A DNA stretch of 64,000 nucleotides from Candidatus Nomurabacteria bacterium GW2011_GWD2_36_14 (GCA_000991405.1 LBRL01000001.1:315200-379199); one strand, 5' to 3'. Numbered from the stretch's first letter, positions 20,889-31,321 are shown. Notes: generated from the sequence alone by a model not told the origin. Program-made: numbers and translations.

Positions 20889-21533
20889 ATGGCAAAAATA
20901 GAAAAAAGCCAATATAAAAAGATTAAAAAAATGTATACTGAAGGCAATACAATGTCGGATATAGCAAAATATTTTAAAGTACCTCTTGATGCAATTGTAT
21001 ACGCCATGAGAAAAGCCAAAATCCCCCGTCGATCAATGAGTATGGTTCAAAAAATACGATTCATAAAAAAGCCAGCTTCATTTCAGATTCGTAAAATAAA
21101 TAATGAAAAATCTAAAAAAATTTTAATTGCGGGACTAATGTTATATTGGGCTGAAGGATATAAAACCTCAAAGAGTAGCGGAGTTGATTTTGCAAACAGT
21201 GACTCTGATATGATAATTACTTTTATGAAATTTCTAAGAACTTGCTATAAGCTCGACGAAAAACGTCTGCATGTTTTATTATATTGCTACAATGATCAAA
21301 GTATTTCAGAATTAATGCAATTTTGGAGTAAAAAAACCGGAATCCCAAGTGAACAATTTTCAAAACCATACGTTAGAGAAAAAATTAATACAAATTCAAG
21401 ACAAATGAAGTATGGATTAGTACATATTCGATATAGTGACAAAAAATTAATTTTTGATATACTAAAGCGTATCAATATTTTAAAGAAAGAATTATGCGTC
21501 GGTGGTGGAGTGGTCTATCACAGGAGTCTGTAA
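20889..21533 (+). CDS. HTH + degenerate LAGLIDADG-like endonuclease-fold protein overlapping tRNA-Tyr
   Basis: N-terminal HTH (TMSDIAKYFKVP), GLMLYWAEGYK, FANSDSDMI, FWSKKTGIP; last 13 codons read through the 5' half of tRNA-Tyr. Confidence 0.6.
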   Translation: MAKIEKSQYKKIKKMYTEGNTMSDIAKYFKVPLDAIVYAMRKAKIPRRSMSMVQKIRFIKKPASFQIRKINNEKSKKILIAGLMLYWAEGYKTSKSSGVDFANSDSDMIITFMKFLRTCYKLDEKRLHVLLYCYNDQSISELMQFWSKKTGIPSEQFSKPYVREKINTNSRQMKYGLVHIRYSDKKLIFDILKRINILKKELCVGGGVVYHRSL

Positions 21534-21578
21534 AACTCCCGCCTTCGGGCTTCGTTGGTTCGAATCCAACCCGGCGCA
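21496..21578 (+). tRNA. tRNA-Tyr (GTA)
   Basis: Acceptor GCGTCGG/CCGGCGC, anticodon arm GGAGT-CTGTAAA-ACTCC, long variable arm, TTCGAAT T-loop; CCA not encoded. Confidence 0.95.
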
Positions 21579-21590
21579 CAAAAGAAAAAA

Positions 21591-21614
21591 GAGGAGCAAC
21601 TTGTTGTGCTCCTC
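21591..21614. terminator. Hairpin downstream of tRNA-Tyr
   Basis: GAGGAGCA-N8-TGCTCCTC. Confidence 0.45.
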
Positions 21615-21855
21615 CAATAAACTATATACATATATAAGCGCAGTTACTCACCCTACATATATTAAACTTCTTGACTCAGAAGTTGCTCTTAAGAAATAGA
21701 AACACCTCACAGATGTGAGTATGAACATCTTTCTAATCAATACAATAAAAGAGTCATTTCTAATGCATTGTGCTTGTTTTTCCCTTTACGAGTATACTTG
21801 TTTTTGAGCTATATAGTTCATTCATAGATTACTATAATTTCACCTTTTGTCAAAC

Positions 21856-21888
21856 CAAAAATCGTGAGGCAAGGCCTCACGATTTTTG
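21856..21888. repeat. CAAGG-loop hairpin, probable terminator of the NUDIX gene
   Basis: CAAAAATCGTGAGG-CAAGG-CCTCACGATTTTTG. Confidence 0.75.
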
Positions 21889-22407
21889 TTAATCTTCAGG
21901 TAATTCTTCTACCTCTTGTATTTTCACTTCTCTTTTCAGTTCTTTCTGGAATGGAGTGTAGTGGGACTCTACTAGAACCTTCTTACCACTCAAAATATAT
22001 GGGAAGAATTCTCTATCTGCTGGCATCATTTTGTCATAAGGTAAATCAGTGAAATTAAAGAAAGTTGGAGTTATCATAGCTCCGTCTTCTGTCTCTTTGG
22101 GTTCTCCCTTCCAATCTTTCACCAAGAAAAAGTGGACCCGTGATACGAACATACTTCCATCACTTTTCTCATTATGAAAGTCCACAATAGCTACTTTCTC
22201 TAAATTTTCTATCTTTGCTTTTAATCCAGATTCTTCTTCAAGCTCCCTTATTGCACTTTCTAAGATAGTTTCTCCGTCTTCCACTCCTCCTCCGTAGCCA
22301 TTCCAGCAACCCATACCTATCTTCCTTGTCTTCATACCAAGAAGAACTTTCCCTTCTTTTACAGGAAGGCAAACCGTGGCAACAAATAAAACCTTTTCTT
22401 CTTGCAT
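21889..22407 (-). CDS. NUDIX hydrolase (8-oxo-dGTPase/MTH1-like)
   Basis: Nudix box GGGVEDGETILESAIRELEEESGL; WNGYGG; start MQEEK at 22407. Confidence 0.9.
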   Translation of the reverse strand: MQEEKVLFVATVCLPVKEGKVLLGMKTRKIGMGCWNGYGGGVEDGETILESAIRELEEESGLKAKIENLEKVAIVDFHNEKSDGSMFVSRVHFFLVKDWKGEPKETEDGAMITPTFFNFTDLPYDKMMPADREFFPYILSGKKVLVESHYTPFQKELKREVKIQEVEELPED

Positions 22408-22465
22408 AAGAGTAATTATATATTTACTAAAACAAAAATACAAATTACTGTCTATAAAATAATAC

Positions 22466-23098
22466 TTATACTTGTGGAGCTCTCCAGAAAATTCTTTCTA
22501 GTATAGAATTCCCCTTCTTGGCTTGTACCATATTTGCATATTTTTCACCTTTTCTAATACATTTATTAAGAATAACTTTATCCTCAAATGCTTTAATATT
22601 CCCAGTATAGAAAGCTCCTAGAACCTTAGCACCAAAGTATAAGAACACACCTCTTAGCCAAAAAGAAGGAAAAGCAAAGAAAAGAATAGTTTCAGCCCAA
22701 TTTGGAGTTCCCCCAGATACAAGAAAATAAGTCCTAAGATAAGATAGCTTCCCTACTGGTTGTCCAAACTTATTACGCTCGGTTAAATCTAAGGCTAGAA
22801 ATCTAATCCTATCTATAAAATTTTTCAATCGTGCTGGAACCGAAAAATTATAAGTCGGAGTTGCTATAACGAGCCCGTCAGAATTTTTAATTTTATTAAT
22901 AAGATCTCTAAACTTTTCTTCATGCAAAGCAGGGCCAACACTATTCTCATAATTATAGAAATCAATAGGGATGTCTTCTAAGTATATCTTCTCTACTTCA
23001 ATACCAGCAACTTTATTCATCCCAACAATAAAATTGTCGAGCATTGTATCAGAATTCCTATTACGTGAAGGAGAGGAAGATAAGGCTATTATTTTCAT
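22466..23098 (-). CDS. Flavodoxin-fold NAD(P)H-dependent FMN reductase
   Basis: IIALSSSPSRNRNS, ATPTYNFSVPARLKNFIDR. Confidence 0.85.
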   Translation of the reverse strand: MKIIALSSSPSRNRNSDTMLDNFIVGMNKVAGIEVEKIYLEDIPIDFYNYENSVGPALHEEKFRDLINKIKNSDGLVIATPTYNFSVPARLKNFIDRIRFLALDLTERNKFGQPVGKLSYLRTYFLVSGGTPNWAETILFFAFPSFWLRGVFLYFGAKVLGAFYTGNIKAFEDKVILNKCIRKGEKYANMVQAKKGNSILERIFWRAPQV

Positions 23099-23113
23099 AA
23101 ATTAATACTTTTA

Positions 23114-23644
23114 TTAAGAATTACTCTTAACTAACTCTACACTTATATCCAAATCAACATTATCAGAAACAACTATTTCACCTTTATCTAAAGTAGCACT
23201 CCAGTTCAACCCAAAATCCTTACGATTAATAGTTCCCGAAGCATCAAAACTCATAACACTCTCTTTGTTCATATTCTCTCCAGCCCCATTTAGCTTCACA
23301 TCTAGACTAACCTCTTTAATTACCCCATGTATATCCAAATCTCCGGTCATAACAAAACTATCCTTCCCATTCTCTATTATTTTTTTTGACATGAAAGATA
23401 ATATAGGGAATTTAGTAACGTCAAAAAAATCTGGAGACATCAGATGTCCATCTCTATCAGCATTATTGGTACTTATACTATTGGTTTCGGCCTTGAACTT
23501 TATTGAGGCTTTAGTAAAGTCACTGTCCTCCATCTCTACACTTCCATCAAATTTATTAAATTGACCTCTAATATTTGAAATCATTAAATGTTTTACTTTA
23601 AAACCTATTATTGAATGCATTGTGTCTATATTCCACTTATTCAT
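23114..23644 (-). CDS. YceI-family protein
   Basis: WNIDTMHS.IGFKVKHLMIS, RDGHL.SPDFFD, INRKDFGL. Confidence 0.93.
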   Translation of the reverse strand: MNKWNIDTMHSIIGFKVKHLMISNIRGQFNKFDGSVEMEDSDFTKASIKFKAETNSISTNNADRDGHLMSPDFFDVTKFPILSFMSKKIIENGKDSFVMTGDLDIHGVIKEVSLDVKLNGAGENMNKESVMSFDASGTINRKDFGLNWSATLDKGEIVVSDNVDLDISVELVKSNS

Positions 23645-23693
23645 GTTATTTTATACTTCTATTAATTTATTAATAATATTATTGTAATCTATT

Positions 23694-23712
23694 TACTTTA
23701 CTTTGTAAAGTA
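23694..23712. promoter_or_regulatory. Probable operator for the HxlR-type regulator
   Basis: Perfect 8-3-8 inverted repeat TACTTTAC-TTT-GTAAAGTA between divergent yceI and hxlR. Confidence 0.55.
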
Positions 23713-23732
23713 CTTTACTTGTTAAAGCATAA

Positions 23733-24047
23733 ATGTTAATATCTGTCTATAATATGAACAAGAGTAAACATAGTAAATGCCCAATAGCAAAAGTTGCATT
23801 ATTGTTATCAGATCCTTGGACAATGCTTATAATTCGCGATATTTTAAACAAAAAAATGAGATTTGGAGATCTTGAGAGTTCCTTAGAAAGTATTAGCACA
23901 AGAACACTAACTAAAAAAATTAAACAATTAGAATTAGAAGGAATTATTGAGAAAACAGAACACTATTATACAATTACAAAAAAAGGTTCTGGGTTGAATA
24001 CTATAATAAAATCTATGTCTAAATATGGACAAAAATATTATAAATAA
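23733..24047 (+). CDS. HxlR/DUF24-family winged-helix regulator
   Basis: CPIAK..LLSDPWTMLIIRDI, MRFGDL, ISTRTLTKKIKQLE; start may be 23754. Confidence 0.9.
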   Translation: MLISVYNMNKSKHSKCPIAKVALLLSDPWTMLIIRDILNKKMRFGDLESSLESISTRTLTKKIKQLELEGIIEKTEHYYTITKKGSGLNTIIKSMSKYGQKYYK

Positions 24048-24051
24048 ACAA

Positions 24052-24081
24052 TAAATACCTGATTATTTAATCAGGTGTTTA
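24052..24081. terminator. Bidirectional terminator between hxlR and clpB
   Basis: TAAATACCTGATTA-TT-TAATCAGGTGTTTA. Confidence 0.65.
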
Positions 24082-24085
24082 TTAT

Positions 24086-26779
24086 TTATTTCACTCCTAT
24101 TCTTCCCTTTACTCTTACATTTGATACCATTGTCCCCTTCTTCATCTCTACTATAATTTCCTTATTTTTCATTGTGACGTTTACAATATCTCCCTTCTTC
24201 ACCCCCTTGCCTATTATAAATGTCGCCACAGGATTAAGTATTTTATCTTGTATGAGTCTACCTAGTGGCCTTGCTCCATAGTGAGGGTTGTAGCCTTCCT
24301 TTGCCAAGTAAGTGAGCGCATCATTTGAAATTTCAAAACCAATTTCTTTAGCCTTTAATCTATCCACTACCACCTTTATCTTCAAATCTACAATGTGCCT
24401 GATAGCTTCAAGGGAAAGAATATCAAAAACAATTGTATCGTCGAGTCTATTTAAGAATTCTGGACGGAAATAATCCTTCAATGATTCTAATACTTTTTCT
24501 TTAGTCTGGGTATACTCATCTACTTTTGATTTATTGGTGAAGCCTAAAGTCTCCATCTTCTCGATAAACTGTGAACCAATATTTGAAGTAAGGATTATAA
24601 TCGTATTCTTAAAGTTCACTATTCTACCCTTGGCATCTGTCAGACGTCCTTCGTCAAGAACTTGCAGAAGCACGTTGAAAACTTCTGGGTGAGCTTTCTC
24701 AATCTCGTCAAAAAGAATTACAGAATACGGTCGGTGACGCACAGCTTCTGTAAGGTTGCCTGACTCATCATAACCAACATAGCCCGGTGGTGAGCCGATG
24801 AGCTTGGAGACACTATGACGCTCCATGTATTCACTCATATCCACTCTGATCAAGGCCTTGTCATCGTTGAACATGAATTCCGATAAAGCTTTCGTAAGCT
24901 CAGTTTTCCCTACACCTGTAGGACCCAAGAAGATAAATGAGCCGATGGGCTTGTTGGGATCTGAAATTCCAGCTCTATTCCTGCGAACAACATTTGCAAT
25001 TTTCTTAATAGCTTCATCTTGCCCTATTACACGAGCCCGGAGAACATCTTCTATGTTGGCCAACTTTTCTCTTTCTTCCTCAAGCATTTTCGAAAGTGGA
25101 ATACTTGTCCACATAGAAACGACTTCAGCAATATCTTCGGCGGTAATTTCTTCTTTCAGAATTCTTCGAGACTTTTGTAACTTCTTAAGTTTGGCAAGCT
25201 TGGTATCTAACTTCTTCTTCAAGTCTGGAATCTCTCCATAACGTATTTCAGCAACTCGTGCCAAGTCCGCGTGCATTTCGGCATTCTCCCCTTCGAGACG
25301 CAAAGTTTCTAATTCTTTTTTAATACCGCGAATCTCTACGACTGTCTCTTTCTCATTTTTCCATTTGAGTTCTAGCTCGTGAGTCTTTTCTTTCAAGTTA
25401 CCTATTTCTTTGTCTATATCTTTGACACGTGCATGAGCCTTCTTGCTTGATTCAGTTTTACCTGAGTCTCTGCCAATCTCATTTAGCAATGCTTCCTTCT
25501 CTATTTCGAAACGCATAATTTTGCGATGAGCATCTTCTAGAACTGGAGGCTTGTTTTCAAGTGCGATACGGAGAGCCGAAGAAGCTTCATCGATAAGATC
25601 CACAGCTTTATCGGGAAGATATCTGTTTGTAATATAGCGAGTAGAGAGAGTTACCGCAGAAACTATAGCATCATCTGTAATTCGAACTCCATGGAAAAGT
25701 TCATACTTCTCCTTGAGTCCACGAAGAATGGCAATAGTATCGTCCACACTTGGCTCGTCGATAAATATAGGTTGGAACCTTCTTGCAAGTGCAGGATCCT
25801 TCTCTATATGCTTCTGGTATTCCTTTAAAGTTGTCGCACCTATAGCACGAAGCTCTCCTCGAGCGAGTGCAGGCTTTAGCATATTGGAAGCATCGAGAGA
25901 TCCTTCAGAGCTTCCTGCTCCGACAATAGTATGGATCTCATCTATGAAGAGTATAATTTTGCCTTCAGCCTTCTCTATTTCTTTCAAGATACCACGAAGT
26001 CTCTCTTCAAATTCTCCTCTGTACTTGGTACCGGCAAGAAGAAGTCCCAAATCTAAGGATACAACTTCTTTGTCTTTCAAACTTTCAGGTACATCATTTT
26101 TAGCAATTCTTTGTGCCAAAGCTTCTGCGACTGCCGTCTTACCAGTACCTGCCTCGCCTATAAGTATAGGGTTATTCTTCGTACGACGAGAAAGTATCTG
26201 CATCATACGCATGATCTCAGTATCACGCCCTATGACTGGGTCAAGCTTGTCTTGACGAGCAAGCAAAGTAAGATTCCTTGTAAATTTGTTGATGAGTTTG
26301 GGTTGCTTGGGAGTGTTTACCTCACTACCCTTCTCTTTCCTAAGCTGGTTTAGAACTTCTAGAACTTGGTCTTTATTGATTTTAAATTTGCCAAGTAACT
26401 CTCGTGCCTCACCCGGAGTTTCAAGTAGAGAGAAGAACAAATGCTCAGTTGATACAAAGTCATCCTTCATATCAGTCGCTATCTTGCTAGAGCTTTCGAT
26501 AACTTGAGCTAAGTCTGGAGTAAGATACAGTTGATATGATGGAGACAAGGTATTCCTATTCTCAGGTGACTCTATCATGTCACTTAAGTTGTCTACTAAG
26601 AGAGTCGTATCGATATCCATTTTCTCTAGTATTGATATAACTACTGAATCTTCTTGAATAAGAAGCGATATGAGTAGGTGTAGAGTGTTCACATGATTCT
26701 GCCCACGTTCAATAGCCAGCTCGTGAGCCTTTCTAATAACTTCTTTGGCTTTAGTTGTAAAATGATTGAATGGGGGCAT
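24086..26779 (-). CDS. clpB: Chaperone ClpB
   Basis: Two AAA+ modules (GEAGTGKT, GPTGVGKT), long coiled-coil middle domain, RYLPDKAVDLIDEA. Confidence 0.93.
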   Translation of the reverse strand: MPPFNHFTTKAKEVIRKAHELAIERGQNHVNTLHLLISLLIQEDSVVISILEKMDIDTTLLVDNLSDMIESPENRNTLSPSYQLYLTPDLAQVIESSSKIATDMKDDFVSTEHLFFSLLETPGEARELLGKFKINKDQVLEVLNQLRKEKGSEVNTPKQPKLINKFTRNLTLLARQDKLDPVIGRDTEIMRMMQILSRRTKNNPILIGEAGTGKTAVAEALAQRIAKNDVPESLKDKEVVSLDLGLLLAGTKYRGEFEERLRGILKEIEKAEGKIILFIDEIHTIVGAGSSEGSLDASNMLKPALARGELRAIGATTLKEYQKHIEKDPALARRFQPIFIDEPSVDDTIAILRGLKEKYELFHGVRITDDAIVSAVTLSTRYITNRYLPDKAVDLIDEASSALRIALENKPPVLEDAHRKIMRFEIEKEALLNEIGRDSGKTESSKKAHARVKDIDKEIGNLKEKTHELELKWKNEKETVVEIRGIKKELETLRLEGENAEMHADLARVAEIRYGEIPDLKKKLDTKLAKLKKLQKSRRILKEEITAEDIAEVVSMWTSIPLSKMLEEEREKLANIEDVLRARVIGQDEAIKKIANVVRRNRAGISDPNKPIGSFIFLGPTGVGKTELTKALSEFMFNDDKALIRVDMSEYMERHSVSKLIGSPPGYVGYDESGNLTEAVRHRPYSVILFDEIEKAHPEVFNVLLQVLDEGRLTDAKGRIVNFKNTIIILTSNIGSQFIEKMETLGFTNKSKVDEYTQTKEKVLESLKDYFRPEFLNRLDDTIVFDILSLEAIRHIVDLKIKVVVDRLKAKEIGFEISNDALTYLAKEGYNPHYGARPLGRLIQDKILNPVATFIIGKGVKKGDIVNVTMKNKEIIVEMKKGTMVSNVRVKGRIGVK

Positions 26780-26833
26780 AAATTAGGTTCTAGTAACTAG
26801 GTTCTAGTGACTAGTAAAGATATTAATAAAAAA

Positions 26834-27415
26834 TTATTGCGTTACTTTTGATTCATCAGTCTTTGCTGATGTTTCAATAATAGCTTTCTTCTCTGAAATT
26901 TTTAAAATACTAAATCCGTTCGTAAACTTCTTCAAAACCGTTGCATCAAAGTCTGTCTTATTTAAAATTACTTTATACTTTAAACTATCAGTCAATATAG
27001 ATGAATCCACAAGCACTAGCCCTACATCTGAAATTATAATACCTTGTCCAAGTTCTTTTGTTGTTGTAGGGGTCTCAGCTGTACCATCTGTAGCAGAAAG
27101 TGTGGATTGATTCGTTGCCTCTGTGACAGGAATACTACTGTCTATTGCATAGATAGACACGACAGCATCTCCATCTCCAAGGACAATACTTCCATTTTGT
27201 GTATTTGTAGTTGGAGTACTTTCCTTCACTTGCGTTTCTACTGTTGTTACTTTCTCTATAGTTCTTTGAATTACGTTATTTATAGTCTGTGGTATGGCTT
27301 TCGGCATCTGATTCATAAGCGAGACAGTCACAATACCCGTAGCAATAGACACTACAAAAGTAATCAGGAGTGTAAGTAAAACCAGCTGTTTTTTGTCTAA
27401 ATCTTTAATATCCAT
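26834..27415 (-). CDS. Membrane-anchored hypothetical protein resembling the N-terminal half of a trypsin-like (HtrA) protease
   Basis: TM helix; GQGIIISDVGLVLV; no catalytic GNSGG motif. Confidence 0.55.
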   Translation of the reverse strand: MDIKDLDKKQLVLLTLLITFVVSIATGIVTVSLMNQMPKAIPQTINNVIQRTIEKVTTVETQVKESTPTTNTQNGSIVLGDGDAVVSIYAIDSSIPVTEATNQSTLSATDGTAETPTTTKELGQGIIISDVGLVLVDSSILTDSLKYKVILNKTDFDATVLKKFTNGFSILKISEKKAIIETSAKTDESKVTQ

Positions 27416-27437
27416 CTTTCTATTCTATCATATCTAC

Positions 27438-28706
27438 TTATTTTTTCCACTTTTTATATTTATCTAAAATCTTAGTTATAGTAAGGATGAATTTATCTAT
27501 GTCAGTCTTTTTGGTATCACGTCCGAGGGTGATGCGGAGCGAGCCTTCTTCGCCTTTATAAGTTTCTCCTTTAGCCTTTCTTATTTCTGTTATCACATAC
27601 GATTCATCATCCTCTCCACTTTTGCACGCCGACTTGGCAGAAACTTCTATCCCCTTGGCATCAAGCTCTATTACCAGAAGCTCGCTTGAAATGTTAGATA
27701 TTGAAATATTTATATTATTCGGAAGTCTGTTTTTTGTATTACCATTTAAAACTATTTTAAAGTTATCATTGTTTATTTTTAACAATTTACCAATCGTATA
27801 GTCGCGAAGTTTAGTGAGTCTCTCTGCTTCTTTCACTTTCATTTTGTTTGCAATTTCAAATGCTAAAGATAATCCTGCAATCGAAGAGACATTTTCAGTT
27901 CCAGAACGTAATCCAAATTCTTGCTCTCCTCCACTATAGATAGGAGAAAGCTTTATACCTCTTTTCTTATACAAGACACCTACTCCTTTGGGTCCATAAA
28001 TTTTCGAACCGTTAAAAGAAAGCATATCTACACCCAGCTTATCTACATTTGAAATATCTAAATAATTAATTGCTTGGGTCGCATCAGTATGAAATAAGGG
28101 ATAAGAAGCGGGAAAAGGCCTTGCCTCAAGAGAGTCCGAGGCAAGGCCTTGAGGAGCTCCCTTCCCTTTTCTATAATGCCTTATCTCTTTCGCAATTTCT
28201 TGGATTGGTTCAATTGTACCGATTTCATTGTTGGCATACATTATTGAAATAAGAGCTGTGTTACTTCTTATAGCCTCTTTTATATCTTTCGGATTAACTA
28301 TTCCATTTTCATTTACTTTTATATAAGTTACTTCGGCCCTTCCTCTCTCTTCTAATAATTTAAAATTCATTATGACTGCCGGATGTTCTATGGTACTTGT
28401 AATAATGTGAGGAATGTGGCCCTTGTTGTTCAATTGATAATTATTTACAACACCTAGGATAACCATGGCAATACTCTCCGTACTACTTCCAGTAAAGATG
28501 ATTTCATCGCCGTGAGCATTCATACCCCTTGCTATCTTTTCTCTTGCTTCTTCTATAATGGTTCTAGATTTTACTCCACCGCTATGAATAGAAGTAGCAT
28601 TGGCAAAAAGCTTTTTTTCATAAAAAGACATAAGTCGAAGTACCCTCTTGTCTATAGGAGTGGCAGAAGCATAATCGAGGTAAGTTTTGTGAATATTTTT
28701 AGCCAT
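27438..28706 (-). CDS. iscS: Cysteine desulfurase (IscS/NifS family)
   Basis: YLDYASATP, EHPAV, ANNEIGTI, HTDATQ, KIYGPKGVG, RSGTENV, SAC. Confidence 0.92.
   Translation of the reverse strand: MAKNIHKTYLDYASATPIDKRVLRLMSFYEKKLFANATSIHSGGVKSRTIIEEAREKIARGMNAHGDEIIFTGSSTESIAMVILGVVNNYQLNNKGHIPHIITSTIEHPAVIMNFKLLEERGRAEVTYIKVNENGIVNPKDIKEAIRSNTALISIMYANNEIGTIEPIQEIAKEIRHYRKGKGAPQGLASDSLEARPFPASYPLFHTDATQAINYLDISNVDKLGVDMLSFNGSKIYGPKGVGVLYKKRGIKLSPIYSGGEQEFGLRSGTENVSSIAGLSLAFEIANKMKVKEAERLTKLRDYTIGKLLKINNDNFKIVLNGNTKNRLPNNINISISNISSELLVIELDAKGIEVSAKSACKSGEDDESYVITEIRKAKGETYKGEEGSLRITLGRDTKKTDIDKFILTITKILDKYKKWKK
28115..28150. repeat. In-frame palindromic element AAGGCCTTGCCTC-N10-GAGGCAAGGCCTT inside iscS
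   Basis: Same 13+10+13 architecture as the dus copy; encodes part of the QGLASDSLEARPF insertion before FHTDATQ. Confidence 0.8.
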
Positions 28707-28916
28707 ATATTAATTATATCATAGAGTCTAAATTTAGCCCTCCACCCAAAAAAGTTGTAAAAAAAGCCTTATTGGTATATACTCTTTTAAGTTATGTGTC
28801 CCGTTTGAAGCTATGGTTTCAACAGAAAACGGGTAAATAAATGTAAACTTATTATTTTAAGCTAACTTGCAAAAATGGTTTATTTTAATAATAAACCATG
28901 ACTTGCTTCTATTGGG

Positions 28917-29360
28917 ATGACTATTTCTATTCTTATTTATATTCTATCGGGTGTTGTAGTTGTATTGTTGTTATGGATAAGTCTGACAGAGTACAGATTT
29001 AAGAAATTTTTCGCTGGAACCAAGGCTCGCAATCTCGAGGAGGTTATGATTCTTTTGGGTGAACAAATGAAGGAACTTAAAGAGAAACAAGAAAAAACAA
29101 ATGAACATTTAGAGATTGTCGATACCCGCTTGAACAAATCTGTAAGAAATATAGAAACAGTTCGATTTAATCCTTTTGAAGATGCTGGAAGTAACCAAAG
29201 CTTCGCTATCTCATTCTTAAATGATGAGGGTAACGGAGTAGTAATGTCTAGCCTCTATGCTCGTGATCGTATGAGTATATTTGCAAAACCGATAGTAGGA
29301 GGTAAATCAGAATTTGAATTATCTATCGAAGAAAAAGAAGTTTTAGAAAAATCAAAATAA
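28917..29360 (+). CDS. DUF4446-family protein
   Basis: N-terminal TM; VRFNPFEDAGSNQSFAISFLN..GNGVVMSSLYARD..FAKPI. Confidence 0.85.
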   Translation: MTISILIYILSGVVVVLLLWISLTEYRFKKFFAGTKARNLEEVMILLGEQMKELKEKQEKTNEHLEIVDTRLNKSVRNIETVRFNPFEDAGSNQSFAISFLNDEGNGVVMSSLYARDRMSIFAKPIVGGKSEFELSIEEKEVLEKSK

Positions 29361-30871
29361 TGAATTCAGATAAAACAAAAACAAATATAAAAGCAAGACC
29401 CCCCGTCGTCGTAGTCATGGGGCATGTTGATCATGGTAAGTCTACATTGCTTGACTACATCCGTAAGTCCAATACTGTCGAGGGTGAAGCAGGTGGTATT
29501 ACTCAGAGTATTAGTGCATATGAAGTATTCCATAAAGATGAAAGTAAAACAGATAGAAAGATTACTTTCCTAGACACACCTGGACATGAAGCTTTCTCTA
29601 AAATGCGAGCTCGAGGTGCATTTGCAGCCGACATAGCCATATTGGTTGTCTCTGCGGAAGATTCTGTAAAAGCTCAAACCCTTGAAGCATACAATACTAT
29701 TATAGAAAGCAAGATTCCTTATATCGTTGCTATCAACAAGATAGACAGACCAAATGCAAATGTAGAAAAAACTAAAATGGACCTTGTAGAGAAAGGTATC
29801 TATCTAGAAGGCTTAGGTGGAGACATTCCTTTTGTACCTATTTCTGCCAAAGTAGGAACTGGAGTAGATGAGCTTCTAGATATGATACTTCTAGTTTCCG
29901 ATATACAAGCCTTCACAGGAGACTCCTCATTAAATGCGTCAGGAATAATCATAGAAGCCAATCGTGAACCAAAACGTGGAATCAGTGCTACGTGCATTAT
30001 AAAGAATGGGACACTTAAGTCGGGAATGATAGTAGTAGCAGGGACTGCACTTGTCTCTACTCGTATGATGGAAAACTTCTTAGGTAAGCCGATCAAAGAA
30101 GCAACTTTCTCCTCCCCCATCTTACTTACAGGTTTTGAGTCAATGCCAGAAGTCGGAAGTACTTTCGAATCATTTGTAAGTAAAAAGGAGGCCGAAAATT
30201 ATATTGAAATAATGAAAAGTGCTCTACTTGAAAACAAAACGGCAGTCAAGTACAGAGCTCCTACTGGGAAAATAATTCCTATAATAATTAAAACCGATGT
30301 TGTAGGATCGATGGATGCAATAGAAAAAGAAATAAGTAAATTAAACAATGAAGAAATTTCTTATAAAATTATTAGTTTTGGGGTTGGAGCTATCAATGAG
30401 TCCGATCTTAAAATGGCCAATGCCAACAAAGAGACTATTGTTGTCGGATTCAATACCAAGCTTGATGCTGGTGCACGCGACCTAAATGAAACTCTTAAAA
30501 TAAATGTAGAGGTGTTCGATATTATATACAAGCTTACAGACTGGTTGAAAATATTAATAGATGAAAGAAGGCCGAGAATAGAAACAGTCGAGGTGACTGG
30601 ATCTCTGAAGATAATAAGAACTTTTGGGGCGACAAAAGACAAGCAAGTCGTCGGAGGAAAAGTTATCAACGGTAGAATCGTAAATGGTGGCCAAGTCCGT
30701 ATTATGCGTCGTGACTTTGAAATAGGACACGGAAAGATAGTGGAGCTTCAGCAGAATAAAATAAAAGCCAAGGAAGTCCTTGAGGAAAGTGAGTGTGGAG
30801 TACAAGTAGAAACAAAGATTACAATAGCTCCAGGTGATGTCCTCGAAGCCTTCATAATAACCATAAAATAA
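29360..30871 (+). CDS. infB: Translation initiation factor IF-2 (short form without N-terminal extension)
   Basis: [39 protein letters not shown]. Confidence 0.97.
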   Translation: MNSDKTKTNIKARPPVVVVMGHVDHGKSTLLDYIRKSNTVEGEAGGITQSISAYEVFHKDESKTDRKITFLDTPGHEAFSKMRARGAFAADIAILVVSAEDSVKAQTLEAYNTIIESKIPYIVAINKIDRPNANVEKTKMDLVEKGIYLEGLGGDIPFVPISAKVGTGVDELLDMILLVSDIQAFTGDSSLNASGIIIEANREPKRGISATCIIKNGTLKSGMIVVAGTALVSTRMMENFLGKPIKEATFSSPILLTGFESMPEVGSTFESFVSKKEAENYIEIMKSALLENKTAVKYRAPTGKIIPIIIKTDVVGSMDAIEKEISKLNNEEISYKIISFGVGAINESDLKMANANKETIVVGFNTKLDAGARDLNETLKINVEVFDIIYKLTDWLKILIDERRPRIETVEVTGSLKIIRTFGATKDKQVVGGKVINGRIVNGGQVRIMRRDFEIGHGKIVELQQNKIKAKEVLEESECGVQVETKITIAPGDVLEAFIITIK

Positions 30872-30872
30872 G

Positions 30873-31199
30873 ATGTCCGAATATCGAACAGAGAAAATAA
30901 CAAATCATATTAAGGAGCTTGCTGCTACTTTCATAGAAAGAGAAGCGGGTCCTACTTCCCTTATCACTGTCACTCGTGTGCTTCTTTCTCCTGACAATAA
31001 AAGAGCCAAGATTATGATCAGCGTCCTTCCTCGCGAGAAAGAGAACGCTGCGTTTGGATTCATCAGGAGGAACTTGGGTGACTTGCGCAAACACGTGAAG
31101 AAAGGGCTCAAGATAAACCCTATCCCCTTTCTTGAAGTTGAAATAGATGAAGGTGAAAAGAATCGTCAACGAATTGACGAATTGTTGATTCAAGGTTAA
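30873..31199 (+). CDS. rbfA: Ribosome-binding factor A
   Basis: Follows infB; ITVTRV.LSPD..RAKI, IPFLEVEID. Confidence 0.88.
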   Translation: MSEYRTEKITNHIKELAATFIEREAGPTSLITVTRVLLSPDNKRAKIMISVLPREKENAAFGFIRRNLGDLRKHVKKGLKINPIPFLEVEIDEGEKNRQRIDELLIQG

Positions 31200-31249
31200 A
31201 AATTAGTTGCTAGGTTCTAGTTTCTAGTTTATAGTAGAAAAATAAGTAA

Positions 31250-31321
31250 GGCCTGGTAGCCAAGTGGTAAGGCAGAGATCTGCAAAATCTCTATGCGGCG
31301 GTTCAATTCCGCCCCAGGCCT
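31250..31321 (+). tRNA. tRNA-Cys (GCA)
   Basis: Acceptor GGCCTGG/CCAGGCC, anticodon arm GAGAT-CTGCAAA-ATCTC, TTCAATT T-loop, U73. Confidence 0.95.

Noticed and set aside
21502-21699. 65-aa ORF MVEWSITGVCKTPAFG...
   Set aside because: It is a translation of tRNA-Tyr and its trailer.
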